A stretch of DNA of 32,000 nt from Halomicrobium mukohataei DSM 12286 (GCF_000023965.1 NC_013202.1:1380001-1412000), one strand, 5' to 3'; positions 1-9,215 are shown, counted from the stretch's first letter. Made by a program: numbers and translations. Notes: generated by a model not told the origin, from the sequence alone.

Positions 1-2
1 TT

Positions 3-713
3 GAGGATGTATGGTTCTCATACAACGATAGCGAGACCGTTCTCCAGGGGATGAACTTTCAAGTGGAAAAAGGCCAGTTCGTCGGATTCGTTGGACAGTC
101 AGGAGCAGGCAAGTCGACTCTCGTCTCCTTGCTAGCACGGATGTACGAGATTGACCGGGGCACGATCAAGGCTAACGGGGTATCAATCGATGAGATTGAC
201 ATCGACGACTGGCGTGAATGTCTGTCGGTCGTCCGTCAGAACCCGTTCATTTTCAACGATACACTCCGATACAACTTGACAATCGGGAACCGTGACGTGA
301 GTGAGTCAGAATTAGACCAAGTCTGTTCGATCGCACGAGTTGACGAGTTTCTCGAAGATCTCCCGGACGGGTACGACACAATGCTCGGCGACGAAGGTGT
401 CCGGTTGTCGGGCGGTCAAAAGCAGCGCGTCGCACTTGCACGGGCGCTGATCAAGGACGCCGACCTGTTAATCATGGACGAGGCAACGAGCGACTTGGAC
501 TCGGATCTTGAGAAGCAAGTGCAGCGCGCAATCGAGGAAATGGACAGGAATTATGCGATAATTACGATCGCACACCGGCTATCAACCGTGAAGAACGCTG
601 ATCGGATTTACACTGTTGAGGATGGACGGATCACCGAACGCGGAACCCACAACGAATTGGTAGAGACCGATGGGAAGTACGCGGAATTGTACGGAATCCA
701 ATCAGGAAGATAA
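3..713 (+). CDS. ABC transporter ATP-binding domain; C-terminal part of an exporter-type (MsbA-like) ABC protein whose 5' end lies outside the window
   Basis: Frame 3 is open from nt 3 (EDVWFSYNDSETVLQG precedes the tracked Met at 51). Walker A GQSGAGKST, ABC signature LSGGQKQR, Walker B LLIMDEATSDLD, H-loop IAHRLST. Stop TAA at 711-713. Confidence 0.9.
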   Translation, partial: EDVWFSYNDSETVLQGMNFQVEKGQFVGFVGQSGAGKSTLVSLLARMYEIDRGTIKANGVSIDEIDIDDWRECLSVVRQNPFIFNDTLRYNLTIGNRDVSESELDQVCSIARVDEFLEDLPDGYDTMLGDEGVRLSGGQKQRVALARALIKDADLLIMDEATSDLDSDLEKQVQRAIEEMDRNYAIITIAHRLSTVKNADRIYTVEDGRITERGTHNELVETDGKYAELYGIQSGR

Positions 714-841
714 TAACTAATTTGAGACAATGGTTGTGGATTTGTGAAGTCTCCCGTCAAGGTTTCGGAAATGGGTTTGGGATCCCCGTTCCGTCCGTTC
801 GCCGACCACTCGTGTCGAAACCGTTTAATGGTCTACTATCA

Positions 842-1690
842 ATGAAATCGGCAGAGGTGAACTCGTTATCCAAGCGACCGTTTTCGGTGTTAATTAGTGT
901 CTACAAGGAAGATAATCCGGATCACTTCAAGACGGCGCTTGAGAGTATCGTCAATCAAACGATCGTTCCAGACGAGGTGCTCGTCGTGAAAGACGGCCCA
1001 CTCCCCGACGATCTGGATTCGGTGATCGCAGAATTTCAGACATCATATCCGGAAACGTTCGTACAAGTCGCCCTTAACGAGAACCAAGGCCTCGGAAAGG
1101 CGCTACAAACGGGGGTTCGGCTGTGTTCACACGATCTGATCGCAAGAATGGATGCCGATGATGTTTCCGTATCTGAACGGTTTGAAGAACAACTCCGATA
1201 CCTCGAACAACATCCTGAAGTTGACGTGCTCGGGGGATATGTCTCCGAGTTCGATCAGGATCCCGGAGCAGCTGACCGGATCCGAGCAGTTCCACAGGAC
1301 GCCGATGAAATCCGAAAGTTCGCGAGGTCACGATGCCCAACTAATCATCCAACTGTAATATTCCGCCGAGAATCAGTTCTAGAAGCAGGGAACTACAGGC
1401 CATGGCGACTGATGCAAGATTACGAGTTATGGATGAGAATGTTGAATCACGGACACATTATTGAGAATCTACCAAAAGTGCTGGTCAAATCGCGGGCTGG
1501 CAGCGCCCTTTACGGTCGCCGTGGAGGGAAAAAGTACGCTCGTCTTGAGCTCAAGTTACAACGAGAATTCAGACGAATGGGTGTTATCTCTCAAACACGG
1601 TTCGTCAAGAACGTCCTCTCCCGGGTGCCAATACGTCTCGTCCCAAACCGGATCCGTGAACTGATCTACCGATTCTGCTTCCGCTCCTGA
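842..1690 (+). CDS. Family-2 (GT-A) glycosyltransferase
   Basis: ATG 842 is M41 of the tracked ORF; the 40 upstream codons start at TTG 722 and are Trp/Arg/Gly-rich and non-halophilic. FSVLISVYKEDNPDHFKTALESIVNQT, VVKDGPL and the DxD-type ARMDADDVS are typical GT2 motifs. Confidence 0.85.
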   Translation: MKSAEVNSLSKRPFSVLISVYKEDNPDHFKTALESIVNQTIVPDEVLVVKDGPLPDDLDSVIAEFQTSYPETFVQVALNENQGLGKALQTGVRLCSHDLIARMDADDVSVSERFEEQLRYLEQHPEVDVLGGYVSEFDQDPGAADRIRAVPQDADEIRKFARSRCPTNHPTVIFRRESVLEAGNYRPWRLMQDYELWMRMLNHGHIIENLPKVLVKSRAGSALYGRRGGKKYARLELKLQREFRRMGVISQTRFVKNVLSRVPIRLVPNRIRELIYRFCFRS

Positions 1691-1722
1691 GTGCCACTCC
1701 CACGCCGGACTCTGTATCCACT

Positions 1723-1934
1723 GCTCTATTGAATCCGCAGACGGCACTGGGATTGAGGCCGAAGACACAGTTATCAGACTCCATTGGTGACGAATTCTTA
1801 CAACCGACCTTCGATTGATGGGTCGGCTTTGGAGAGCGAAAGCAGATTCTGACTCGCTATCTGTTGCTGACTCCATCTGACACACTCGACGCTAGCCCGT
1901 CGACTTGGCCGCCGTCACCGGATTCAACAGAGCA
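1723..1934. mobile_element. MITE-like non-autonomous element (212 bp) related to the IS5-family element at 16229-17164
   Basis: Terminal inverted repeats GCTCTATTGAATCCG (1723-1737) and CGGATTCAACAGAGC (1919-1933) differ by 1 mismatch. They are flanked by a perfect 9-bp direct repeat GTATCCACT (1714-1722 and 1935-1943). No credible ORF inside. The termini resemble those of the IS5 copy (TGTTGAATCC / GGATTCAACAGAG). Confidence 0.6.
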
Positions 1935-2307
1935 GTATCCACTTAATCAAGGGGGCTCCCTGTCATTACAAGTATCGCCTTCCAGTCTCGTCACTAGCAC
2001 CAAATACAAAAGCTCAGAGAATGAATAATACGAAGGAAAAATGCCACCACGAAACTGTGACTGAGAAATTTAGACACTGAATTCGAAATTTAACATCCAA
2101 CCGACACTCTATTGCTAATATTATGGCCATCTCTGATGAGTGATAAAATGGCAAATGATTTCTTTGAGTGCTTCTTGCTTGGGTTTACGGAAGAGCTCAG
2201 TCGATACCGTAGTTCGGAAATATCGAAACATCCAGACCGATTCGCACAGACCGCTCGAAGCAGTCGCTGTAAACACACTTACAACGACCGGGGAGAGACA
2301 GGAAAGT

Positions 2308-3372
2308 ATGCAAATTGAACACCGAGTAATCAGCCCTGACGAGCCCTACTTTATTGCCGAAGCTGGTGTCAACCACAACGGCGATCTGGAGATGGCCGAA
2401 AAGCTGATCGACGCCGCGGCAGACGCCGGGGCGGACGCAGTGAAATTCCAGACGTTCAGTGCGGATAGACTCGTTACCGAGGACACAGAGAAAGCGGACT
2501 ACCAGGAGGAGACGAGCGGAGAGGGGAGCCAGTACGAGATGCTGCGGAACTACGAACTGGACCGGGCGGCACACGAACGCTTGCAGAACCACTGCCAGAC
2601 GCGTGACATCACCTTCCTCTCGACCCCGTTCGACGTCCAGAGTGCCGATCTCCTCGCAGATCTCGGCGTGCCAGCTGTCAAGCTCGGCTCCGGCGAATTC
2701 GACAACCATCCGCTGCTGGAACACGTCGCCGAGCTGGGACTGCCGATGATCGTCAGCACGGGGATGGGAACGATGGACGAGGTCCGCGAGGCGCGGGACG
2801 TGATCCGCAGTGTCGACCCTAAGATCGACCTGGCATTTCTCCACTGCACGTCGGAGTATCCCTGCGACATCGAGGACATGAACCTCCGGGCAATGGAGCA
2901 GATGGACGAGGCATTCACGGAGCCAGTCGGCTACTCTGATCATACAACGTACCCAGAAACACCGTCTTTCGCGGTCTCGGGAGGGGCACAGATCCTTGAG
3001 AAACACTTCACGCTGGACAGAACTCTCCCGGGACCGGACCACAAGGCGTCCTTGGAACCGGACAAACTGGAACGGGCGGTCACGCTGTCGCGACTGGCCG
3101 CGCGGGCTAGAGGCAACGCTGAGAAACAGCCCACAGCGGGTGAACGACGAAACAAGTCCACGACAAGGAAGAGCCTGCACGCCGCTGTCGACCTCTCGGC
3201 GGGCGAGGTGCTATCCTCGAACGATATAAATATCCTGCGACCGACAGACGGACTGTCGCCAAAACACTACGACACCGTCATTGGGGCAGTCCTGGAGACG
3301 GACCTCGGTGCTGGCGACCCAATCACGACTGCCAACGTCGACGTGACTCTGGAGAGTGAGAGGGATGTTTGA
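2308..3372 (+). CDS. neuB: Nonulosonic acid synthase (NeuB/LegI/PseI family; by context a legionaminic-acid-type synthase)
   Basis: ATG 2308 is M57 of the tracked ORF. The N-terminus MQIEHRVISPDEPYFIAEAGVNHNGDLEMAEKLIDAAADAGADAVKFQTF is the NeuB-family signature. C-terminal SAF/antifreeze-like domain (INILRPTDGLSP...GDPIT). Confidence 0.9.
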   Translation: MQIEHRVISPDEPYFIAEAGVNHNGDLEMAEKLIDAAADAGADAVKFQTFSADRLVTEDTEKADYQEETSGEGSQYEMLRNYELDRAAHERLQNHCQTRDITFLSTPFDVQSADLLADLGVPAVKLGSGEFDNHPLLEHVAELGLPMIVSTGMGTMDEVREARDVIRSVDPKIDLAFLHCTSEYPCDIEDMNLRAMEQMDEAFTEPVGYSDHTTYPETPSFAVSGGAQILEKHFTLDRTLPGPDHKASLEPDKLERAVTLSRLAARARGNAEKQPTAGERRNKSTTRKSLHAAVDLSAGEVLSSNDINILRPTDGLSPKHYDTVIGAVLETDLGAGDPITTANVDVTLESERDV

Positions 3373-4036
3373 CGGGACCGATACGGTGCTGGTGATCGGG
3401 GCTCACCCGGACGACGAGGTACTCGGAGCTGGCGGTGCGATGGCGAAACATGCAGCGGCGGGCGATGAGGTACACGTGCTCATTGTCACGGAAGGGACAA
3501 CACAGCAGTACGGGGACGATGAGGACCTGATCGAGGAGAAACAGACCGACGCTCGCACCTGTGCAGAGACGCTCGGCGTTTCCGCTATCCATTTCGGTGG
3601 CCTGCCAGACATGCGCCTCGACGAGGTCGCTCACGTCGACGTCAACGCCGCCATCGAGGACGCGTGTGCGGAGATCGGGCCCGATATCGTCTACACCCAT
3701 TCGCGGCGTGAGGTCAACCGGGACCACGTCGAAATACACGACTCGACCCTGGTCGCCACGCGGCCAGGAACAGACGTTTCAACGGTTCTGGCGTACGAGA
3801 CCCCCTCGTCTACTGATTTCGCCCCTGGGACGGACGGATTTGATCCGGACCTGTTCGTCGACATCGAGGAACACCTAGAGACGAAGATCGAGGCATTCGG
3901 TTCCTACGAGATCGAGAAGCGGCCGTTCCCCCATCCCCGTTCACCGGAGGCACTCGAAGCGATTGCCCGGTCACGGGGTGCGGCAAGTGGGGTCCCCGCG
4001 GCAGAGGCATTCGACGTGCTGCGGGCGTACCGATAA
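3365..4036 (+). CDS. PIG-L/LmbE-family N-acetyl-sugar deacetylase
   Basis: VLVIGAHPDDEVLGAGG (AHPDDE zinc-site motif), then HxD-type REVNRDH. ATG 3365 overlaps the neuB stop (3370-3372) by 8 nt. The tracked GTG 3356 is an alternative start. Confidence 0.85.
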   Translation: MFDGTDTVLVIGAHPDDEVLGAGGAMAKHAAAGDEVHVLIVTEGTTQQYGDDEDLIEEKQTDARTCAETLGVSAIHFGGLPDMRLDEVAHVDVNAAIEDACAEIGPDIVYTHSRREVNRDHVEIHDSTLVATRPGTDVSTVLAYETPSSTDFAPGTDGFDPDLFVDIEEHLETKIEAFGSYEIEKRPFPHPRSPEALEAIARSRGAASGVPAAEAFDVLRAYR

Positions 4037-4041
4037 CCTGA

Positions 4042-4659
4042 TTACAGTGGTTCAGCGGGTACGCCAACGACGGTCGATCCTGCTTCAATCGATTCCGTGA
4101 CAACCGATCCAGCGCCGATGACAGCACCGTGTCCGATGGTCACATCTTCAACGACAGTTGCACCCGGACCGATGTACGCGTCCTGACCGACCTCAACCCC
4201 CCCAGCGAGCGTAGCACCCGGTGTGATTGTCGCGCCGCACCTGAGGTGTGAGTCGTGAGATATGTTTACACAACTGTCGATGAGAACGTGATCTTCTATC
4301 GAGACATCGGGTCCGACGTAACTGCGGGCGTTGACAGTCACACCGTCACCAAGTGTTGCGGTATCGGATATAGTTGAATCTGGATGAGCGGCTGAAAAGA
4401 AGCCATAGCCATGGTCCGAGATCTTCTCGGCAATCGATAGCCGAACACCTTGATCGTCGCCGTACGCCACGAGACACTGTACCGGTTCATCGAACGTGGA
4501 CAGTGCCGTCACATCACCGACAACCGGTATCTCTTCGATAACGTCGCTGTGCAATGCGGTATTGTCGTCAAGGAAGACAACCCCTTCTGTGTTGTCGCTA
4601 CTGCAGAGGATATCGAGCACGACCCGGCCTTGTTCGCCGGCACCGTAGATTGCACGCAT
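4042..4659 (-). CDS. NeuD/PglD/LegH-type sugar N-acetyltransferase (left-handed beta-helix)
   Basis: ATG at 4659 is M39 of the tracked ORF. MRAIYGAGEQGRVVLDIL forms a Rossmann-like N-domain, followed by hexapeptide repeats (IGPGATVVEDVTIGHGAVIGAGSVV). Convergent with the deacetylase gene, 5 nt apart. Confidence 0.85.
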   Translation of the reverse strand: MRAIYGAGEQGRVVLDILCSSDNTEGVVFLDDNTALHSDVIEEIPVVGDVTALSTFDEPVQCLVAYGDDQGVRLSIAEKISDHGYGFFSAAHPDSTISDTATLGDGVTVNARSYVGPDVSIEDHVLIDSCVNISHDSHLRCGATITPGATLAGGVEVGQDAYIGPGATVVEDVTIGHGAVIGAGSVVTESIEAGSTVVGVPAEPL

Positions 4660-4679
4660 ACCTGTCCTATTGTGGCTAG

Positions 4680-4701
4680 TTCGGTAAAGGCTTCTACCGA
4701 A
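4680..4701. promoter_or_regulatory. Inverted repeat TTCGGTA-N8-TACCGAA in the divergent promoter region between the acetyltransferase and methyltransferase genes
   Basis: Perfect 7-bp arms at 4680-4686 and 4695-4701. An AT-rich AAGTATATGTATG box (about 4709-4721) lies 20-30 nt upstream of ATG 4741. Confidence 0.25.
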
Positions 4702-4740
4702 TGGACACAAGTATATGTATGCTACTGAACAACAGCAGGT

Positions 4741-5493
4741 ATGGACGACGATTGGGACGACATCACGACGCAAAAATCGGGTGGGCAGTGGTACCCGGCA
4801 GAGCCGATGGTTCGGCTAACCGCCCGATTTATTCAGCGACGAACTGGAATCGATAGCTACGACGTAAAGCGACCGACCGACCGCGTGCTGGATGTCGGCT
4901 GTGGCAATGGAAGTCACGTCCTCTTTTTTGCCGAGCAGGGACTGTCAGCTGCCGGCGTCGATATCTCCAAGCCCGCCATCGAGCTTGGACGACAACGGGC
5001 AGCAGAAACGGGCCTCGATGTCGACTTCAAAACCGGTGATGCGGCGGACCTCTCTTGGGGGAGCGAGACGTTCGACCTCGTCGTCTCGGACGGCGTACTC
5101 GACCACGTCAGTTTCTCGGAAGCAAAGTCAATTCTGGCCGAGATACAGCGCGTGTCGACACCGGACGCGTACATTTTTCTTTCCCTCCGATCGACTGCGG
5201 ACTCAGAATGTGGACGCGGTGAGGAGGTCGAAGAGAACACATATATTTTGAAGGAGGGCTACGAAAAAGGGATGTTGCAGCACTTCTTCGATCGTCGTAG
5301 CATTGAGGAACTGCTCGAGGGCTACGAGATATTCGATATTGAGCACCTGAAACGCGAGTATCCAGCCGACTTCAGCGTCGACAAGTCGCATCTACAGAGC
5401 TCTGAGGGGCTTAAAAAGCAAATAGATCTGCGGGATACTGATTTCTCGCGACAGCACGCCAGATGGTGGATAGCAGCAAGGCGGACGAAGTGA
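4741..5493 (+). CDS. Class I SAM-dependent methyltransferase
   Basis: Motif I VLDVGCGNGSHVLFFAEQG and acidic loop VDIS, followed by DLVVSDGVLDHV. Size and order fit the Methyltransf_11/25 type. Confidence 0.85.
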   Translation: MDDDWDDITTQKSGGQWYPAEPMVRLTARFIQRRTGIDSYDVKRPTDRVLDVGCGNGSHVLFFAEQGLSAAGVDISKPAIELGRQRAAETGLDVDFKTGDAADLSWGSETFDLVVSDGVLDHVSFSEAKSILAEIQRVSTPDAYIFLSLRSTADSECGRGEEVEENTYILKEGYEKGMLQHFFDRRSIEELLEGYEIFDIEHLKREYPADFSVDKSHLQSSEGLKKQIDLRDTDFSRQHARWWIAARRTK

Positions 5494-5516
5494 GTGCCGT
5501 TTCAGCCAGACAGACT

Positions 5517-6917
5517 ACTGTCAGTACATCACAAAGCCGGTTAGTTGAGACGCCTGCTTGCTGAGGATGTGTCCAAGCACCAGCAGCAAGCAGACGGTGA
5601 GATTCACGAGGACCAGCTCCTTAACTTCCTCGTCAACACGCTTGACGAGGAAGTTTCACTCAGTCTCGGCGCTAATGCTGAAATCGATGCTGAGGACATT
5701 TACGAGGTCTTCGTCGGCGCTTGCGCCGACGGGACCTCGGTATCTGAACTCTGTGAGACCAGTGAAGACTCTCCGCACGAAAACACGGTTCTGTACCACC
5801 TCCGCGAGAAATTCGAACTAACGTCAGTTGAACAGATCGGGAACGCACTCCTGCAAAAGGACGTTCTAGAGGTTCTTCCTGAGCAGGTGGAGGTCGTCGC
5901 AGACCTCCACCTGCGGCCCTACTACGGTGACGGGGACGAAACGGATGGTCTCTATCACTCAGAAGCCAAGCGTGGAACCACCGCGTTCCATGCTTACGCG
6001 ACACTGTACGCGCGTGTGAAGAACAAGCGATACACGCTGGCGGTGCGCCGTCTCGTCGACGGCGACACCGCCAGCAGTGTCCTCGCTGAGTTTCTTGGCC
6101 TCCTCGACGGCCTTGGCCTCGGCGTCAAGGCCGTCTATCTTGATCGAGAATTCTACGATAGCAAGTGTCTCACGCTGCTTCAGGCGCACAACTACGCGTA
6201 CGTGATGCCAATCGTCCGATGGGGAAAGACGATCAAGCAGGAACTCTCGGAAGGATGGAGTCGCGTCATCCAACACGAGCTGACGGGGAAACTCGACGGT
6301 CACAGCTGGACCGTCGAGTTTCCCGTCTACATCGACTGTACCTATCAAAAAGGACGGTATGGAGAACACGGAGTGGCGCGTCACGGCTACGCCGCTGACG
6401 CGCCGTTCATTGACACACCACGAGACGCTCGATACCACTACGCGAAACGCTTCGGTATCGAGGCCAGCTATCGACTCTCCGAGCAAAGCATTGTAACGAC
6501 CACGACGCAGAATCCGGTCGTACGGCTGCTGTATGTCGTGGTTAGTCTACTCTTGCAGAACGTATGGCGGTATCTCCATTGGGAGTATGTGGCGACGCCC
6601 CGCCGTGGCGGGCGTCGCCTCTGGAAGTGGTCATTCGAGGAGTTCATCAACATGCTGTGTCGGGCAGCGTGGACGGCCCTCGCGGTGCGTCGGGCCGTCC
6701 CCGCGAACCGACCACCGGACGACCGGTTCCACCGGTAATTACTCACCGAGGACGCCGCCTTGTGAGTGGCAACACTGCCGCGTCGGCGGCTGATCGCCGC
6801 CGACGGCGGCAGCTCTACCTTCGATTAGCGTTCTCCAACCACTATCAACGACCCATCCCAACAGAACAGGTGACTCAGGTCAGGTTAACTGGCGACGCTT
6901 TGTGAGGTACTGACTGT
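5517..6917 (+). mobile_element. ISH3-family insertion sequence (about 1.4 kb)
   Basis: 21-bp imperfect terminal IRs: ACTGTCAGTACATCACAAAGC (5517-5537) versus the reverse complement of 6897-6917, ACAGTCAGTACCTCACAAAGC (2 mismatches). Single transposase ORF. GC-rich internal hairpin at about 6776-6813. I could not identify a target-site duplication. Confidence 0.8.
5569..6738 (+). CDS. ISH3-family (IS4-related DDE) transposase
   Basis: SKHQQQADGEIHEDQLLNFLV, LHLRPYYGD, HSEAKRGTTAFHAYATLYARV, FGIEASYR and LLLQNVWRYLH match my memory of ISH27/ISH51-type transposases. GTG 5569 is the likely start; the tracked TTG 5545 is the alternative. Confidence 0.9.
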   Translation: MSKHQQQADGEIHEDQLLNFLVNTLDEEVSLSLGANAEIDAEDIYEVFVGACADGTSVSELCETSEDSPHENTVLYHLREKFELTSVEQIGNALLQKDVLEVLPEQVEVVADLHLRPYYGDGDETDGLYHSEAKRGTTAFHAYATLYARVKNKRYTLAVRRLVDGDTASSVLAEFLGLLDGLGLGVKAVYLDREFYDSKCLTLLQAHNYAYVMPIVRWGKTIKQELSEGWSRVIQHELTGKLDGHSWTVEFPVYIDCTYQKGRYGEHGVARHGYAADAPFIDTPRDARYHYAKRFGIEASYRLSEQSIVTTTTQNPVVRLLYVVVSLLLQNVWRYLHWEYVATPRRGGRRLWKWSFEEFINMLCRAAWTALAVRRAVPANRPPDDRFHR

Positions 6918-7011
6918 GAGTTAATCCCACTCGGTCGCCGCTGCTACGCTCTCAACCTGTAAGGTGTCCGCACTATCGGGTTTAGTCTGAAACGAGCCAC
7001 AGCAGTCTGTG

Positions 7012-8169
7012 TCAATATCGATTCGATTTGACAAGTAGTTCGGTGTCGAGGTCGATATTCGCAAGTACATCCGCGATTCGCGGGCCGCTGTTGCCGTCGC
7101 CGTAGTACGTGGTGTCGGTCTGCTCAAGGAGATCTGCCCGCCGTGTGTCGTCTGTGAGTCGCTGGACCGCCTCAACGATCTCGTCCACGTCGTGGTCGAC
7201 GTAAACGACGTTGCCGGCGTTAGTCCGTCCGGTCTGCCTGTTCCCGATATTGACCGCGGGCAGTGACAGAAACGGTGCTTCGAGAATTCCCGCACTCGAG
7301 TTACCGACGAGTGCCGTTGCGTACCTGAGGAGGTTCACGAACAGGTCTCGCTCGAAATTCTCGTGTACCGAAACGAAATCATAGTTCTGGTACTCGTGCA
7401 ATACGTCGATAATCTCCTCGCTTCCGGGGTCCGTGTTCGGATGGATAGCGACAGTCGGGATCGAGAGGTCCGCGAGCGCCTTCATCGTGGTTTCCATCTG
7501 CGAGCCGGCCGCCGTCCGCTCTGAGGAGAGAGGATGTTTGATTAAGACGAGAAAGGGTCCCTCGGTGATGTCGAACCCGATTTCGCGGGACAGCTCCTCG
7601 CGTGACAGTTCGGGCACGGTCCTAATACGGTCAAGCCCGGGGTTACCTACATCGAAGGTGCGAAATTCGTGTTCGCCCATCTGGACCAGTCGGTCGCGGT
7701 GGTCGGCACAAGCGGTCAGGTGAATATGTGTCATCTTCGAGACGGCGTGGCGAACCGGATCGTCCGCGTTGCCCCATACGGGGTCGCCGCCGAAGATGTG
7801 TGCGACGGGGATGTCGAGGTAGTTTCCGACGATAGCCGTCGCCAGGGGCTCCTCACGGTCACCAGCTACAAGGAGGATATCGGGCGACTCACGGCTCACG
7901 ACCTCCGTCAGGGAGGCAACCAGCGTCCCGACGCCTTTGGCACGCATGCGTTTGTCATCGCCGCGCAGCAGATACGCCACGGAGTCGACCACCTCAAAGC
8001 CATTCTGCTGGATGTAGGAGATCGTATCTCCATGGGTGTCAGCCACGTGTCCGCCACTGGCAACCACGCCGGCCGATAACTCTTCGTGGGCCTGAATAGC
8101 GTCGAGAGCGGGATAGAGAATATCGTACTCTGACCGGATTCCCGTTATCGCAAGAATGTCGCGCGGCAC
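7012..8169 (-). CDS. neuC: Hydrolysing UDP-/GDP-N-acetyl-hexosamine 2-epimerase (NeuC/LegG type)
   Basis: The N-terminus ILAITGIRSEYDILYPALDAI and the core VAHIFGGD...DDPVRHAVSKMTHIHL are NeuC-type. There is no in-frame ATG. GTG 8169 gives the canonical N-terminus. The tracked TTG 8244 would leave only 14 bp to the divergent ATP-grasp gene. Confidence 0.85.
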   Translation of the reverse strand: MPRDILAITGIRSEYDILYPALDAIQAHEELSAGVVASGGHVADTHGDTISYIQQNGFEVVDSVAYLLRGDDKRMRAKGVGTLVASLTEVVSRESPDILLVAGDREEPLATAIVGNYLDIPVAHIFGGDPVWGNADDPVRHAVSKMTHIHLTACADHRDRLVQMGEHEFRTFDVGNPGLDRIRTVPELSREELSREIGFDITEGPFLVLIKHPLSSERTAAGSQMETTMKALADLSIPTVAIHPNTDPGSEEIIDVLHEYQNYDFVSVHENFERDLFVNLLRYATALVGNSSAGILEAPFLSLPAVNIGNRQTGRTNAGNVVYVDHDVDEIVEAVQRLTDDTRRADLLEQTDTTYYGDGNSGPRIADVLANIDLDTELLVKSNRY

Positions 8170-8258
8170 ACTTAGACTGTGCTCAACACAATCGTAAATC
8201 CGTTTTGATTGCGGCACACTGGGAACATCTAATACGCCGACCAACGAAGCACCGGGGA

Positions 8259-9215
8259 ATGACTAACCTGACCATCCTCCGGACCGCAGTTGGCAGCCTC
8301 CCCTCACGCGGTCTCATTGATGCGCTCCGCGAGTACGGGTTCAGCGTGGTCGGTGCCGACGCAAACCCGGCGGCCTACGGCCACCTCTATCTTGACGAGT
8401 CGGAAGTCGTGCCGCGGGCTGACGAGCCGACCTTTCTCGACACCGTGACTGACCTCGTCGCGGACCACAACATCGACGCCATTCTCGCCGGGCCCGAGGC
8501 CGAGCTGTTGGCGCTCGCGGGCGAAAAGGCGAAACTCGGCAGACAGGGCGCGACGGTGCTGTGTCCCGACGCCAAGACGGTCGAATTGTGTGCGGACAAG
8601 CGACAGACTCAAGCGGCGTTTGCTGACGCAGAGATTCCGGTCCCAGACCTGTACGAGCGCGATGCCGTTGAGTTTCCGTGTATTGTCAAACCGCGGTTCG
8701 GTGGCGGCAGCACGGCCGTCAACGTCGCCCGCTCCGAGAGCGAGTTAGCGGTGTACGCCGCCGACCTCAACGACCCAATCTTCCAGAATTACGTCGATGG
8801 CCCAGAGTACACCGTGGACGTGCTATCGGGAGATGACGGCCGTCCGCTATCGGTGGTGCCCCGGCGACGCCACGGCGTCGAGTCCGGCAAGTCCGTCACG
8901 GGTGAAACGGTCGCACGCGAGGATATTATCGAGCACTGCGAAACCATCTCCCGGGAGTTTGACCTGTTCGGACCTTCTTGCATTCAGTGTATCGACGGGC
9001 CGGACGGACTGCGGTTTATCGAGGTTAACACGCGCTTTGGCGGCGGGGCAGTCCTCTCAATGCAGGCTGACGACTCGGTGTTGCCAAATGTTGAGCGGCT
9101 GATCCGCGGCGAGCGCGGTGTCAAGAGTGAAAGCTTTCGAGACGGGCTTGTTATGATACGCAACTATACCGAACTATACGCCGACCGAACAGAGGTGTGG
9201 GACGATAATGCGTGA
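8259..9215 (+). CDS. ATP-grasp domain ligase (CarB/PylC-like carboxylate-amine ligase)
   Basis: ATG 8259 is M19 of the tracked ORF. Pre-ATP-grasp Rossmann part, then LCADKRQTQAAF, FPCIVKPRFGGGS, PIFQNYVDGPEYTVDV and FIEVNTRFGGG, the typical ATP-grasp order. Confidence 0.8.
   Translation: MTNLTILRTAVGSLPSRGLIDALREYGFSVVGADANPAAYGHLYLDESEVVPRADEPTFLDTVTDLVADHNIDAILAGPEAELLALAGEKAKLGRQGATVLCPDAKTVELCADKRQTQAAFADAEIPVPDLYERDAVEFPCIVKPRFGGGSTAVNVARSESELAVYAADLNDPIFQNYVDGPEYTVDVLSGDDGRPLSVVPRRRHGVESGKSVTGETVAREDIIEHCETISREFDLFGPSCIQCIDGPDGLRFIEVNTRFGGGAVLSMQADDSVLPNVERLIRGERGVKSESFRDGLVMIRNYTELYADRTEVWDDNA

Noticed and set aside
722-841. N-terminal extensions of tracked ORFs (722-841, 2140-2307, 4660-4773, 11877-11945, 8170-8244, 29144-29188)
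   Set aside because: They start at alternative codons and encode basic or Cys/Trp-rich peptides unlike the rest of each protein. Internal ATG/GTG starts give canonical family N-termini and sensible promoter spacing.
2197-3180. 327-aa antisense ORF over neuB, and many 60-130-aa ORFs in alternative frames throughout 2400-15700
   Set aside because: The sense-strand products have unambiguous enzyme signatures. The alternative-frame products are Arg/Ser/Pro-rich and non-acidic, unlike halophile proteins.
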